From: Octopus sinensis
Lineage: Eukaryota
Length of the DNA stretch: 64,000 nucleotides
NCBI RefSeq assembly: GCF_006345805.1
Contig: NC_043003.1
Location: 10,354,001-10,418,000 of the forward strand
Reading direction: 5' to 3'
A model generated the notes under the pieces. That model was given only the letters and a program-made list of their open reading frames with translations, did no database searches and was not told the DNA's origin. Positions 24,580-38,763 of the stretch are shown here, piece by piece (position 1 is the first letter of the stretch; each line of letters starts with the position of its first letter). A program made the translations under genes and the position numbers.

Positions 24580-24621
<42 letters not shown>

Positions 24622-24661
24622 TATGTATGTATGTATGTATGTATGTATGTATGTATGTGTG

Positions 24662-24692
<31 letters not shown>

Positions 24693-25168
24693 CTGAGTTC
24701 TATATCTAAGAGATGAAGAATTATGACTGCAACCAATGGCGATTTTATTAAATGAATTTACTTTTTTTATATCAAGATATTTTTATGTGACTTTGGGAAA
24801 AAATATCTTTTAAATTGATATGTCAATATTATTTATGTGTATGTGTAAATTAGGCGACAGTTTATTCACCTGCCCCTGTATGTATGTATGTATGTATGTA
24901 TGTATGTATGTATGTATGTATGTATGTATGTATGTATGTATGTATGTATGCATACGAGCAATGTTTGATGGTTCTAAAAATCTTTAAACGAGATATAAGT
25001 AGAGACAATACTAAACGGTAATATTTTTTGGCCACAATAACATGGCTATTCTATGAAGGACCGTGTTACTACATTTTAACCCCAATATGGCTGTTTGTAA
25101 TCATATTCTTTCATCTGTTTCAACCATGCAGCTGCGATCATTCTGGAACACTATCGTGGATTACAATT

Positions 25169-25239
25169 AGGCTCCTCCAGGATTCGAAACCGGGACCTCT
25201 CGCACTCTAATTGAAAATCATACCCCTAGACCAACGAGC

Positions 25240-25240
<1 letters not shown>
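25169..25240 (-). pseudogene. tRNA-Pro(AGG)-derived pseudogene
   Basis: 72 nt GGCTCGTTGGTCTAGGGGTATGATTTTCAATTAGAGTGCGAGAGGTCCCGGTTTCGAATCCTGGAGGAGCCT. About 9 differences from canonical eukaryotic tRNA-Pro as recalled, broken anticodon stem, anticodon position reads AGA, no T-tract terminator. Confidence 0.85.
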
Positions 25241-25270
<30 letters not shown>

Positions 25271-25275
25271 ACACA

Positions 25276-25350
<75 letters not shown>

Positions 25351-25409
25351 ATATGTATATACATGCATTTATTTATGTGTATATATACATATATATTTAT
25401 ACCCTATAT

Positions 25410-25815
25410 AAAGGCGCAGGAGTGGCTGTGTGGTGAGTAACTTTCTCACCAACCACATGGTACCGGGTTCAGTCCCACTGCGTGGCAACTTGGGCAAGTG
25501 TCTTCAAATATAGACTCAGGCCGATCAAAGCCTTTTGAGTGGATTTGGTACACAGAAACTGAAAGAAGCCCGTCGTATATATGTATATATGTATGTGTGT
25601 ATATGTTTATGTGTCTGAGTTTGTCCCCCTAACATCGCTTGACAACTGATGGTGGTGTGTTTACGTCCCCGTAACTTAGCGGCTCGGTAAAAGAAACCGA
25701 TAGAATAAGTACTAGGCTTACAAAGAATAAGTCCTGGAGTCAATTTTCTCGACTAAATGCGGTGCTCCAGCACGGCCGCAGTCAAATGTCTGAAACAAGT
25801 AAAAGAATAAAAGAG
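25410..25815 (+). mobile_element. SINE family S1, full length
   Basis: AGGCGCAGGAGTGGCTGTGTGG head through an AAAAGAATAAAAGAG tail. Confidence 0.92.
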
Positions 25816-26245
25816 TATATACACATGGGCATATGTGTGTTTTTGTCTTCGCGCGTGTGTGTGTGTGTGTATTTGTGCCGGCATGTTTGAACGACGTCAT
25901 GTATATTTTTTGCACCTATATGAACGTACACACTAACCTCATGAACCCACATCTAGACTTCTAGAATTCTCTTTATATCTCGTTGCAAGTAACGCTGCTT
26001 GTTGTCCCTTGTGTTCCGCGTATCATATTATCTCCATAATCACCTTCCGGCTCGCTACACTTCTATGCGCCTATCTATTTATTCATCTGATCATTTATCG
26101 ATATGCCTTATTATTGTAATATTTATCTTTACGAACATTATGTCACACGCTTTAACTTTTATTCCAATTCCTTCCTCATTCCTGTCGTCATTGTCCATTC
26201 TTTAATGCTCAGAATCTTTCTGTCTTTCACCGTTTTATATATATA

Positions 26246-26639
26246 CTAGCAGTATCGCCCGTCGTTGCTCTGGTTTGTAAGGGAAATAACTATATAAGCA
26301 TTTTTAGAGAGTTATAGCCCAAAAATAGCAAAAAAATACATTAAAAATGGAATTAAAATGATGGTAAATTTTTTTTAAATCGTTGACTCATCGTAGACAT
26401 TTTTAGAGAGTTACTTCCCTTATATAATAGCGAGAAAAATGCATTAAAATGGAAACAATTATGGTAAATTTTTTTTAAAATCGTAGACTCATCGTAGACG
26501 CGCGCTAATACCCAGAAGGGCTCGATATGAATCACGACTATAAGATACCTGGTTTTGGTTAAAGTGCACCGCAAAATCTGGGAGTAGTTAGGAATCTAAA
26601 TCGTAGGAGACAGACACACAACTTCACTTTTATATATAA

Positions 26640-26642
<3 letters not shown>
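26246..26642 (-). mobile_element. Non-autonomous Helitron, 397 bp
   Basis: Minus strand A|TCTTTATATATAAAA ... GAGCAACGACGGGCGATACTGCTAG|T; A/T target, no TSD. Confidence 0.85.
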
Positions 26643-26674
<32 letters not shown>

Positions 26675-26974
26675 TTAAACTGTGGTTGCAGAACAAACAA
26701 TTACAAGATCATCCACGTAACATTTCATATCTCGAACATTTAATCACATAATTCTTTTGCTTTCACATAGAATATACATGTATAACATCACGGAAGATGA
26801 AACATAATTCATCAGTACAAGCATATAAGAAAATACAAGAAAGTGCGTGAATACAGTTCAGTTTAATATATTTGTCTCATTTAATTGAGCACTTCTATAG
26901 CAGTCCTATTAAACATTTTGTTCCTGATAAGAAACAATCACTATATTATTATATAATATATTATATATATAATA

Positions 26975-27018
<44 letters not shown>

Positions 27019-27149
27019 GTATATACACATGTATGTATGTATGTATGTATGTATGTATGTATGTATGTATGCATGTATGTATGATGTATGTATGTATGTA
27101 TGTATGTATGTATGCATGTATGTATGTATGTATGTATACATGTAATGTT

Positions 27150-27500
27150 TATCGCCACCTAAACGTGGGTTTTGTATAAGAACAGACGATACTGCTCTTT
27201 TAACCCCGGAAGGACGTCTCCTGCAGCTAGTTATTCAACGTTCTAGAGAACTTCCTACTATGCAAGCTCGGAAACCACCATATCACGTGATTTCGATCTT
27301 GCATGATCATCCTCAGAGATAATAAAAAGAACATAGCGGTAGTCTAACCTAGCTTCCAATATATAGAAAAGCAGTATCACACAGTCACTGGCTTTGATAC
27401 TAACAAATTAGCTCGGTATGAAAATCTCTATAGAGAACACCCACGTCCAGATGGCGATAAATATTTCTTCTCAGTACAAATATTGCTTTCGTATCTAACA
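27150..27500 (+). mobile_element. Old LINE RT remnant
   Basis: [23 protein letters not shown] resembles the RT motif YADDTAL...LQ. Confidence 0.4.
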
Positions 27501-28129
27501 GAGATTTTCTTAACGAGCTAGTCTCCTATGCATACACGCGTGCACGCACACATACGCACGCGCACACGTGTTAAAATGCAAAGGTGTGTGCATGTGTGTG
27601 TCATTGCTATGAGTATATGTCATTGTGTGTACTGTAATGATCTTGATGTTAAGGAAAAAACTATATAGTGGTTTAAACTGTATATGTATTGTGCGTGTTC
27701 GCACATGCTGTGTTTAGATAAGTTAGGCGTGAATGTGTTATAATTCAAAGGTGTGGACTTGTGTGTGTCATCGCTATGAGTATATGTCAGTGTGTATTTG
27801 TGTGTGTACTGTAATCATGCTGATTTTAATGAAAAAAACTATACAGTGCATTAGTTCCTATGAAGGTAATGAGTTCGTAGTCGCTTTGGAAACGAGAGTC
27901 TTCTGTTGCAGTGTCATATTAAAACCTATGCACTCATTCATTTGTTGTTTAATATTTTAAGCAATATTTTAATACTTTTCATTTTTCCATGAAGTTTTGT
28001 TCACACTTCGTGACTTCATCGTTGTTTAAATTTTCAGATTACAGGTTGTTTTCTCGTCGGTATTTTATAGTTATTTATATGCGTCTGTGGACAACGCGTG
28101 CGCCGATGACATGGTATTGTTTTGCCTTT

Positions 28130-28522
28130 TGTGTTCATTTATTCTTTTACTCTTTTATTTATTTCAGTCATTTGACTGCGGCCATGCTAGAGCACCGCAT
28201 TTAGTCGAAATCTACCCCATGACTTATTGTCTGTAATCCTAATACTTATTCTATCGGTGTCTTTTTGCCGAACCACTAAGTTACGGGGACGTAAATACAC
28301 CAACATCGACTATCAAGCCATGGTGAGGAGGACAAACGCAGAGACACAAACAAACACACACACATGCATACACACACACACACATATCAAATCTACTCAC
28401 AAGGCTTTGGTCGGCCCGAGGCTATAGTAGAAGTTACTGGCCTAAGGCACCACGCAGTGGGACTGAACCCAGAACCATGTGGTTGCTAAGCAAGCTACTT
28501 ACCACAAAGCCACTCCTGCGCC
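28130..28522 (-). mobile_element. SINE family S1
   Basis: Full-length copy with an internal deletion. Confidence 0.9.
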
Positions 28523-28959
28523 TATGAGTTATTTATAAATAGATATTTATTTATTTATTTTCTATCACACAATTGTTTCTAACATTACAACTATCGTGTG
28601 TTTAGTTTGCTTGGCTTTAGACGGTTTTCGTCCTAATGAAGTGCGGAGTAAGAATAGAATGTCATTGATGAGAACACGAATGGTGAAGAAATACCTTTGT
28701 CAATTCTAACAAATTGATTCATTAACCGAACAACTAATAAAACAATTGATTCGTTAATTACTTACATAGTTAACCAATTAAGAAATGAATAATAAAGAAA
28801 TGAAATAGAAGCAGTGCGTGTGTTTATTATGGGTCATTATGCGCAGAATGACCCACCCGAGATAAAACAACAAAATTTGTTTCAACACACCAGTTCACAT
28901 AAAAGGTCTCGCAAAACTAAATTACATTATAATATGTTAATGTATCCTTAATATTGATT

Positions 28960-29566
28960 TCAAATATTGATACAAAGCCAGAAAATTCGGGGAAGGAGGT
29001 AAGTCAATTACAACGACTCCCTATGCTCAGTTGATATTTATTTTATCGATCCTGAAAGCATAAAAGGCGAAGTCGACCTCGGTGGAATTTGAACTCAGAG
29101 CGTCAAGACGGACAAAATGCTGCAAGCATTTTACCCTACGTGCTAACGACTTTACCAGCTCATTTACCTTAAGCTTATCTTTAATCGTGGCGCACCGTTG
29201 GTTACGACGACGAGGGTTCCAGTTGATCCGAGCAACGGAACAACCTGCTCGTGAAATTAACGTGCAAGTGGCTGAGCACTCCACAGACACGTGTACCCTT
29301 AACGTAGTTCTCGGGGGAGATTCAGCGTAACACAGAATGTAACAAGGCTGGCCCTTTGAAATACAGGTACAACAGGAACAAGAAGAACGAGTGAAAGAAA
29401 GTTGTGGTGAAAGAGTACAGCAGGGTTCACCACCAACCCCTGCCGGAGCCTTGTGCAGATTTAGGTGTTTTCGTTCAATAAACACTCACAACGCCCGGTC
29501 TGGGAATCGAAACCGCGGTCATAGGATCGCGAGTCCGCTGCTCTAAACCCAGGGCCATTGCACCTC
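28960..29566 (-). mobile_element. Adjacent SINEs: S2 (28960-29165) and S3 (29190-29566)
   Basis: Both match family copies elsewhere in the window. Confidence 0.88.
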
Positions 29567-29979
29567 ATCTTATCCTTAATATTGTTACGCTGTTCCCATT
29601 CGGTGCTTTGTAGTGGTTGATTTTAGTTGGTGTATTTATTTATTTATTTATTTATTTTTGTAGTAGTGCGATCGGATTATGGCTAAGCGAGCCTTGTCGC
29701 TCTGTCCATTCACTCTGTTGAATGTATATGTGACTCAATATCTGCTTCCTGTGATTCTACTGACTCTGTAAACTATCATAATGCCGCATATTTTCGATAT
29801 GTGGAAAATGTTTTTACTTCAACATTTTGTTTTATCATCGTGTTTCTGTATCATTATCCTCAGTATTCCATGCAGAAAAAAACACAAAATACACACGAGA
29901 ACACACGCACACATACACACAAACACATACACATATATACAAAGAAAGAGAAAGATAGAGAGAGAAGCACATAGGTACG

Positions 29980-30050
<71 letters not shown>

Positions 30051-30129
30051 ATTATACAATTATATATATATATATATATATACACGTATACATATACACA
30101 TATACACACATATATATACTTACACATAA

Positions 30130-30161
<32 letters not shown>

Positions 30162-30262
30162 TATATATCTATATATATATATATGTTTATACAAATGTAC
30201 ACATATACATATATATACACATATATATACTTAGGTAGATATTTTGACAGACAGGCAGACAT

Positions 30263-30333
<71 letters not shown>

Positions 30334-31198
30334 TGCATACCAACATTTATACGTTTTTATAGACAGACGTGCATACTACACCCGTATGTACATACATGCA
30401 CAGAAATAACTACTGATGCATTAGCAATGTTCATTTTTATGCTAGTGTTAGAAGTATTCTGGAGTATATCATAGCATACACGAGCTGAGTGTGTTCGCCT
30501 AATATAAACACAGACACACACATACACACACACAACAGACAAACACAGACATGGATGGATGTACGCACGTACATTGAATTTTCCAAATACCGACTGTCAT
30601 CTGACCTGAAGTAAATATTTACTAACATCAAAGGGAAACACAATGTGGTTCTCCGTTACGAGCCCCATGCCGTTAACGCCTTCTGTTTATTTATCAATGT
30701 TGGAATTCCTCAAATTATATTTGCTATGGTTACCGACACACATAGTTTATAGCTGTTTCATTGGCGTTGATCGTAGGCTGGCTTGTTGTGTTGCCGGAGA
30801 TGGTTCACGCTGCTTTGTAGTCGATATCTGATGCTGTAATCTGCTGGTAGAGTTTTTGTATGTGGTGTTGATTTTAACGAGTTTTTTTTTTTTCTCTCTT
30901 CTCGTCTATTTACAGTTATTTGCTGTTGTTTAATGTAGTTCTAAGTGAAATATGTGATACAGTTTCTATCGTTCCAATGAGTTTTATATCACTGAGGGAG
31001 GGAAATTGTTTGAACAAAAAAAAAGACATGGAGATTGTAATAGATTTTGAGAGAAATGGCTTCGTTCTTTGTATTTTTTAATTATTATTGACATAAAAGA
31101 CAAATAGAATATGGAGGGGTAGGAGAATTCCCATTTTACATTGCAGATGCATATTTCTGGGTCCTTTTCTTTCTTTCTGCTCATTTGCGTTTTATTAC

Positions 31199-31330
31199 CT
31201 GTCATACATTCAAAGTGAAGGCGTCTGTCCGAGTTTTTAGAAGGTTGTAATCCCGATCTTTCTATCGTGGTTTCGATTCGTGGCGCGGCCGGCGCGTTGT
31301 ATTTTCAGCAAAAGCACTTCGGTTCACATT
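31199..31330 (-). promoter_or_regulatory. Candidate TSS or first exon of a minus-strand gene
   Basis: CpG-dense patch with no match to other repeats in the window (CGTGGCGCGGCCGGCGCG, 31279-31296), followed on the minus strand by a strong donor CAG|gtaata at 31199. Confidence 0.3.
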
Positions 31331-31592
31331 ACTCCATTTTCACTTAGCTATAACTGAATTACTTTGCAAAGGACTGTCATCTCGTTCCAGGGGCAGTATT
31401 GCAATTTTGGTCTCTTATATGCCATGGAAACCGGGCAATCGTTCCCATAAGTCCTAATACTCGAAGACAGTAATGTCTCGAAGACTTCCTTTATTTCATA
31501 TATATATCATCAAAGTGATCTGAGCGCTTTGTGGATTTTGGCTCGCTGTGTGCTATGTAATATTTATTTTGAAGTTAACAGTCCATTAACTA

Positions 31593-31850
31593 AAGGCGGC
31601 GAGCTGGCAGAATCACGTCAGGCGAAATGCTTAGCGGTATTTCGTCTGCCGTTACGTTCTGAGTTCAAATTCCGCCGAGATCGACTTTGCTTTCATCCTT
31701 TCGGGGTCGATTAAATAAGTACCAGCTACGCACTGGAGTCGATATAATAGACTTAATCCGTTTTGTCTGTCCTTGTTTGTCCTCTCTGTGTTTAGGCCCT
31801 TGTGGGTAGTAAAGAAATAGGTATTTCGTCTTTCTTTACGTTCTGAGTTC
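31593..31850 (+). mobile_element. SINE family S2 plus the start of a second unit
   Basis: Junction AAAGAAATA|GGTATTTCGTC. Confidence 0.88.
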
Positions 31851-31925
31851 AGATTTAAATAAATTCTAATTATAACGGTTTTGTTTATTATTTCCGTCAT
31901 GTCTGTGTATACACCAAACATACAC

Positions 31926-31972
<47 letters not shown>

Positions 31973-32011
31973 ATATATATCTATATATATATATATATTT
32001 AAATGTATATG

Positions 32012-32049
<38 letters not shown>

Positions 32050-32050
<1 letters not shown>

Positions 32051-34110
32051 ACAACCTAGGACTAGAGGCAATCCAATTCTGGCTAGAGAATCACGCCAAC
32101 GAACTACCACACCGCATCAAAAAAGAATTCGTGATAGAAGGGGTTAAATTCATCCTGGAAAATAACTTCTTCGCCTTCAATGACAACTTCTACCGACAAA
32201 AATCGGGGACTGCGATGGGTACACGAATGGCCCCCTCCTTTGCCAACCTAGTCATAGGATACCTAGAGATCAGTCTGTATCGTAAGGTTCTAGAAAGATA
32301 TGGCAGCCCTTTCTCCATCTACATAGAAAACAACTGGAAGAGATATCTAGATGACTGTTTCATTCTTTGGCATAAAAATATAGAAAAACTCATAGAATTC
32401 CAGGAAATTTTAAACGAACTGGACGTAAACATCCAATTCACGATGGAATATAGCCAGCAACATCTCCCCTTCCTCGATATCCTCATTAAGAAAGCTAATA
32501 ATATAATAGAAACAGACATATACTATAAGCCTACAGACTCTAAGCAATATCTTCCATTCAATTCATGCCACCCCAGACACACCAGGATGAATATCCCCTT
32601 CAATCTAGCAAAAAGGATATGCACTATAGTCTCTAATGCAAACACCAGAGACACACGACTACAAGAACTAAAAGATACCCTTATCACAGGGAACTATCCA
32701 CCTTCACTTATGGACAAGTGCATTCAACGTGCCCTTCAACTTAACATCAAGGAACTGAGACATCCCAAATCAAAGAAAACTTACAACCAAAAGCCTTACC
32801 ATACATCTCCACACACAACCCTCTCAATAACGAAGCCTTCGGCAACATCCTCCACAACATACCCCTCCTAAAAAAAGACCACAGAATGAACACAATCCTC
32901 CAAACACACACGATCATAAAAAGCAAAAGACAGCCTAGATCCATGAAAAGTCTCCTAACACAAGCCCGAATTCACTCTTCAACACAGAAGCCGACGTAAA
33001 AAATGTGGAAGACCCAATTGCGGGATATGCGACTATCTAATTGAGGGATCAGAGTCTCCTTCAAACAGGGACAACGGTTTACAGTGAAAAGCAACTTCAC
33101 ATGGCTTCGGAGGACCTAATATACTCACTAACCTGCTCGGGTGTCAAGAGCAGTACATAGGCCAAACAAAAAATGGTTTCCGTAAACGAATGGCCCTGCA
33201 CAGATCCCAGATAAAAATTCCCCAAAACAGAAAAATAGCTTTTAGCCAACACATAGATACTTGCGCCAATAAAAAAACACCAAACTTCAGGATTTTCCCC
33301 CTCTACCAATTTAGGGACGATACAACCTCGAGACAACGATAAGTAAAGAAAATCTCTTTATTACAAAATACAGCCACTTCTTAACGGGTCTACGACAAAC
33401 AATTAATATACCTCAACTTTAGAATAAAAGAAATATATACACACACAAATATTACATTCTATAGAATCCATTACTAATCAGCCCCATCACAGCTATACTT
33501 TCAGCCATTCATATTCTCCCTTCTCTGTTTTTTCTTCTTCTTCCTCTTCTTCTTCATCATCATCATTATCATCATCATCGTCGTCATCATCATCACCACC
33601 ATCATCATCATCATCTTCTCCTTCTCCTTCTTCTTCTTCTTCTTCTTCTTCATCATCATCATCATCATCAACATCGTAATCTTCTTCTTCTTCTACTTTT
33701 CCACCTTCTACCCCTTAACCTTGTCACTAATGCCTTTCAGTATAACGCCTACGCAAATTCCATAAACAATTCCTGAATTGAACTGCGACTGCTGTCCGCC
33801 ACTGACCATTCAAAATACGACCATCAAGGCATTCCCAGATTTCCCCACCCCCTCTCCACATCAGCCTTCTGCTTCTCCTACCCTACCAAGAACTCACAAC
33901 GACCTCGAACACACAAGTGCAAACAAGGGAGTCAGAGAAAGGCAGAATGCCACTTATATCTGAACACTACTATAGAAATATTCTTTTAAAAAAACTTTCT
34001 TCTAATTTTTCTAAATTTAATTATTTAATCGTTCGTTACAGTTGAAAAGGTCTCAAAATGACCGAAACCGGTACTGAAAGATTCACTATAAAATTATCTT
34101 AGCATTTTCT
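32050..34110 (+). mobile_element. Penelope-like retroelement, 5'-truncated: RT, Zn linker, GIY-YIG and 3' terminal region
   Basis: QKSGTAMGTRMAPSFANL, WKRYLDDCF, LPFLD, YYKPTD...NSCHP (32131-32871); then KCGRPNCGICDYL and TCSGCQEQYIGQTKNGFRKRMALH; frameshifted. Confidence 0.95.
34036..34079 (+). ncRNA. Minimal type-I hammerhead motif, family D, U3:A8 variant
   Basis: CAG-UUGAAAA-GGUC-UCAAAAU-GACC-GAA-ACCGGU-A/CUG; palindromic stem III ACCGGU; sense orientation downstream of the PLE ORF. Confidence 0.75.
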
Positions 34111-34125
34111 ATTTTTGACTTGTTT

Positions 34126-34171
<46 letters not shown>

Positions 34172-34609
34172 TATATACACGCACACGTGTCTTGTCTTTG
34201 TTTTGTGTTGCCTCCACCCCTAGGCAACTGGTGTTCATTTGTTTACGTCGATTGTTCGACTCCATATCTCAAGGGTGGGGGGCACAATATGGCTGCAATC
34301 CAATGATAGAAACAAGTAAAAGATAATAAAGAAAATAAACCTAATACTTTTATTCACTCTGTCTCAATACACATTTTGAATTACGTTTAGAAAATGCATT
34401 TGTTTTTATAGGTGTGTAGGTCAATGTAAGTAATGTAAACATTTTTGAAATTCCATTAGGTGGAATAATGGTATCTAAGAGGAATGCTCTTAGTGTTTGC
34501 TTCTTTTCGTTGGTGTCTGAAAAAAGGTCTCCGCCTGGTGCTCTTAGAAGCGGTTTACTTAAACAAGAATTCTTCGACAGACTGCGTAAGGTCGAATTAC
34601 ACCTCCTAC

Positions 34610-35060
34610 CTTTTATTTCTTCCTTCTGTCTCTTGCTTGCTTCAGTCGTTGGACTGCGACCATGCTGGAGTAACCCTGCGAAGGGTTTTAGTTGAACAAA
34701 TCTAAACTAATACATATTTTCTGTTTCAAAGTCTGGTACTCATTCTGTCAGTGTCTTTCTCCGAACTGCTAATTTATGAGGACGTAAACAAACCAACAGG
34801 TGTTCTCAAGCAGTGACCGGGGACAAAAACAGACAACCCACCCCCAAGTACGTACACACGCACACACACACAGAGTATATGTGTGTGTATGTGTGTGTGC
34901 ATTTGTGTATGTTCGACGGGCTTCTTTCAATTTCCATCTTCCAAATCTGTTCAGAGCTCGAACTTTAGTATAAGACACTTGCCTAAAGTGCCGAGCAGTG
35001 GAACTGAAACCAAAACCACACGGCTGGTCTTGGGTTCAGTATCACTCAGCCACACCTGCA
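34610..35060 (-). mobile_element. Older SINE, S1-related
   Basis: Diverged match to S1 along its length. Confidence 0.75.
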
Positions 35061-35764
35061 AAAGAAAGCAAGCTTTTATCGCAGATGTTATTGAATTTGG
35101 TGTCAAACTAAAACTTATAACCATAAATCGACTCATTTTAGCAAAAATCGAATTTCTTTTTCCATTCCACACCAATAGCTGAAACTAAAATTTGCACAAA
35201 ACTAGTTTGTTTTTTCTTTTAAATAAAATTGACACCATTTTGTTATTGAATATAAATGGATATAGATTTCTTACGAAGAAATAAGTAAATTGATTTCAGT
35301 TCAATAAGCTGATACACGCCTATATTAGCCATAACTGAAAAAAACATTGACACAGAACGTATAATATTTGTCAAATTTATTCAAACACATTTATCTAATG
35401 AACTATTTCCTTGGCCAAATAGAAAATATACATAGTTAATGAGAGTTTGATTTAAAGTGGACACTGCTTATCAATCATACTCGACAGACAATCTTTCGGC
35501 GTATAGATTATTCGTTTTTTCTTCTTTTTAGTTTTTTACACGAAAAAAAAAACTGTTCGAAAAGTTAATAACCAAATAAGAAGATTCATAGACAAATAAG
35601 AAAATTCCAGTGAATCAAGATATTATTACAAAACCTCAGCTTATATTTATTGAAATTGGTTCAAGCTAATATTTTATATTCAGCATCGAAGCCACTTTAA
35701 GCGGTTTGTTATTAACGCTAAACAAAGTGAAGAATCGTTTTCTATTTGCTTCTTTTTATCTATC

Positions 35765-35940
35765 CAGTCGGATGACTAGCATGGACCAATGCAAATCTTC
35801 ACCGCCAGATGTTCCGATCCACAAGCTGGTCGATATATACTCCGATTTTTCGATACCTGTGTGTCCATGCGTAGGTTTCCAAAGATGGAAGTCGCTAGAT
35901 ATGTCATCCTTGCTGCTCCACCAGTGTCCTGTGTAACATA
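35765..35940 (-). mobile_element. RTE/RTE-X LINE 3' remnant
   Basis: GHWWSSKDDISSDFHLWKPTHGH...YIDQL...EDL matches the RTE C-terminus GHC.RS..E..SD.LLW.P.HG....TYIDQL. Confidence 0.65.
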
Positions 35941-35971
35941 TCCTTTCTCTGATTAGTGAGTTGATGGTGTG

Positions 35972-36071
35972 NNNNNNNNNNNNNNNNNNNNNNNNNNNNN
36001 NNNNNNNNNNNNNNNNNNNNNNNNNNNNNNNNNNNNNNNNNNNNNNNNNNNNNNNNNNNNNNNNNNNNNNN
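35972..36071. other. Assembly gap (100 N)
   Basis: Run of exactly 100 N; trinucleotide repeats on the right flank. Confidence 1.
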
Positions 36072-36106
36072 TGGAAGTGGTGGTGGTGCGTGGGGTTTCT
36101 GGTGCT

Positions 36107-36137
<31 letters not shown>

Positions 36138-36642
36138 ATGATGGTGGTGATGCTGGAGGTGGTGGCGTTGGTGATGGTAGTTATTGCTGTAATTGTGTTC
36201 TTTGTTTTCTATAAGTTACTATTTCAATGTTTTATTGATATTAACATTATTATTGTTATCATTTATTTATTATTATTGTTGCAGTTGTTGTTGTTGTTAT
36301 TGTTGTCGTTGTTATTATATTGCCGTCGTGGTTCCGTCTTCTTTTTTTTTTCTTTTTTGTAACCGTTTTTTTTTTTTCGTTTTTTCGACACGCACTTCGA
36401 TTTTTATAATTTAATCGTTACATCTTGATAAATAGATCAAAGGATATACTTTCTAAATAAATATTTGTACATAAGTCTTTATATAATCACACACACATAT
36501 ATACACGCATATACATACATATCCATAAGATCTTAAATGTGTACATATATGGGAGTGAGAGGGTGTATGAAGTAGAATTACGTTCGCTAATACATACATA
36601 TTCATACATTGATTATGTGTGCGTATATTATATATATATATC

Positions 36643-36677
<35 letters not shown>

Positions 36678-36733
36678 ATACATATATATATATATATGTA
36701 GTATATATATATATATGGTAGTATGGATACATA

Positions 36734-36785
<52 letters not shown>

Positions 36786-37184
36786 TGCTTGTATGTATGT
36801 ATTTATAAGTATGTATATACAGTTTCTTTTTATTAGAATCTTTAGGTAACTTTCGTCAACTCATAAACATAAAAATATAATTCACATTTGTATTAGACTA
36901 ATATATTATTCAATCTACAACAAAACCAAATACTTTAATACATTTTTATTATACAAAGGTCATAAAAGATTAATATCCTTCAAGATAGTTTACTGTTTAG
37001 TAATCATCCTGTATGCCATCACATTTATTTCTGCATCTATTAGTGTACTTTCTTCTCAAAGAAATTTTTCATTAACTTGGATCAATTTGCTCTTCTTCAG
37101 ATCTGAAATTAAATGTTTGGTTATCGAGACGCTTTTTAAAATCACCTTCACTCATTCCGATGTAATTGTTTCCGCCTTTCTTTC

Positions 37185-37500
37185 GTTAATACTCTTTTAC
37201 TTGTTTCAGTCATTTAACTGTAGCCATGCGGAAGTACCACCTTTAGTCGAGCAAATCGACCCCGGGACTTATTCTTTGTAAGCCTAGTACTTATTCTCTT
37301 TTACCGAACCACTAAGTTACAGGAACGTAAACACACCAGCATCGGTTGTCAAGCGATGTTGGGGGGACAAACACAGGCACACAAACATATACACTCACAT
37401 ACATATATATATTCAACGGGCTTCTTTCAGTTTCCGTCTACCAAATCCACTCAGAAGGCTTTGGTCGGCCTGAGGCTATAGTAGAAGACAATTGCCCAAG
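37185..37500 (-). mobile_element. SINE family S1, head truncated
   Basis: Family match; ends at TTGCCCAAGG. Confidence 0.88.
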
Positions 37501-37547
37501 GTATTTTTTTTAATACTTTCTAGGTATGTAGCGTTAAATCTGTGGAG

Positions 37548-37620
37548 CAGTGTTTCTCAACCGGCATTCCTAAGGTTCCTGATGTTTCGCAAAAGGTTCT
37601 TAGGAGTTCCGGGAGGAAGA
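37548..37620 (+). mobile_element. Possible hAT (Charlie-like) terminal fragment
   Basis: CAGTGTTTCTCAACC start motif; no partner TIR found. Confidence 0.35.
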
Positions 37621-38340
37621 GTGAGATATACTAATGCGAATTTCAAGACCGCAATATATTATTGGTTATTGTAATATTATAATATAGGCATCATCCTTTA
37701 GCACACCAGGACGAAATGCTTAGCGGTATTTCATCTCTCTTTACGTCCTGAGTGCAAATTACCTTTCATCCTTTCGGGGTCGATAAAGTTGTGCACCACC
37801 AGTTGATCTAATCGGCCGGCTCCTTCCCAAAACTTTCGAGCCTTGCGCCTATAGTAGAAACGAATAGAGGCATCAGCCTATCTAACCTGTTACATTATCA
37901 AAAAACATAACCGTCTGTAGTGATGTCTGTAATTTATGGATACCCTATAGAAAAAAATTATATATATATAATGTTTATATATATATATACTTTTAGTGCA
38001 TATAAGTAGTCTCTATCATTATATATAGTTTAGACTTTAATTTCCTTTATATTTAACATTCACTATTAATAATCCCTACTCTTTCTGTTAGCTCTTATGA
38101 CGTTATATCATATAACGTTTTTTTAAACAATATTAATAGCGTTCTGTCTATCGCTATACGAATCCATCATTTTTTGCTAAAAATGTCGTATTGACAAGTT
38201 TCGTTTTTTCACTTCCCGAAGAGAAGATTGCATTGTTTATACCTTTTATTCTTTTGAATAAGTATCAGTGGAATTTTTGAAACATATGTAGAAAGAAAAA
38301 ATACTTGTTTAAACCTGCGTTGAACTCCATTTTTTATTCC

Positions 38341-38438
<98 letters not shown>

Positions 38439-38763
38439 CTATATATATAATGTTTATATATATATTAATATAAACATTATATATATTTTGATTATATATA
38501 TATATATATATATAATGTTTAATATAATATATATATATATATAAACATTATATATATTTATATATATATATAATATAATGTTTATATATATATATATATT
38601 ATTATATATATAGTAAACATTATATATATTTATATAATATATATAATTTTATTATATATAGATATATTATTATATATATATATATATATTATATATATAG
38701 TGAGAATTTACAAAAAAGACAAAGACGATGTATTAGTTTAAGGAGGCCGGGAAGTGAGAAAGT

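Noticed and set aside
35765-35940. Apparent exons with good splice signals on both strands
   Set aside because: The minus frame matches the RTE C-terminal motif.
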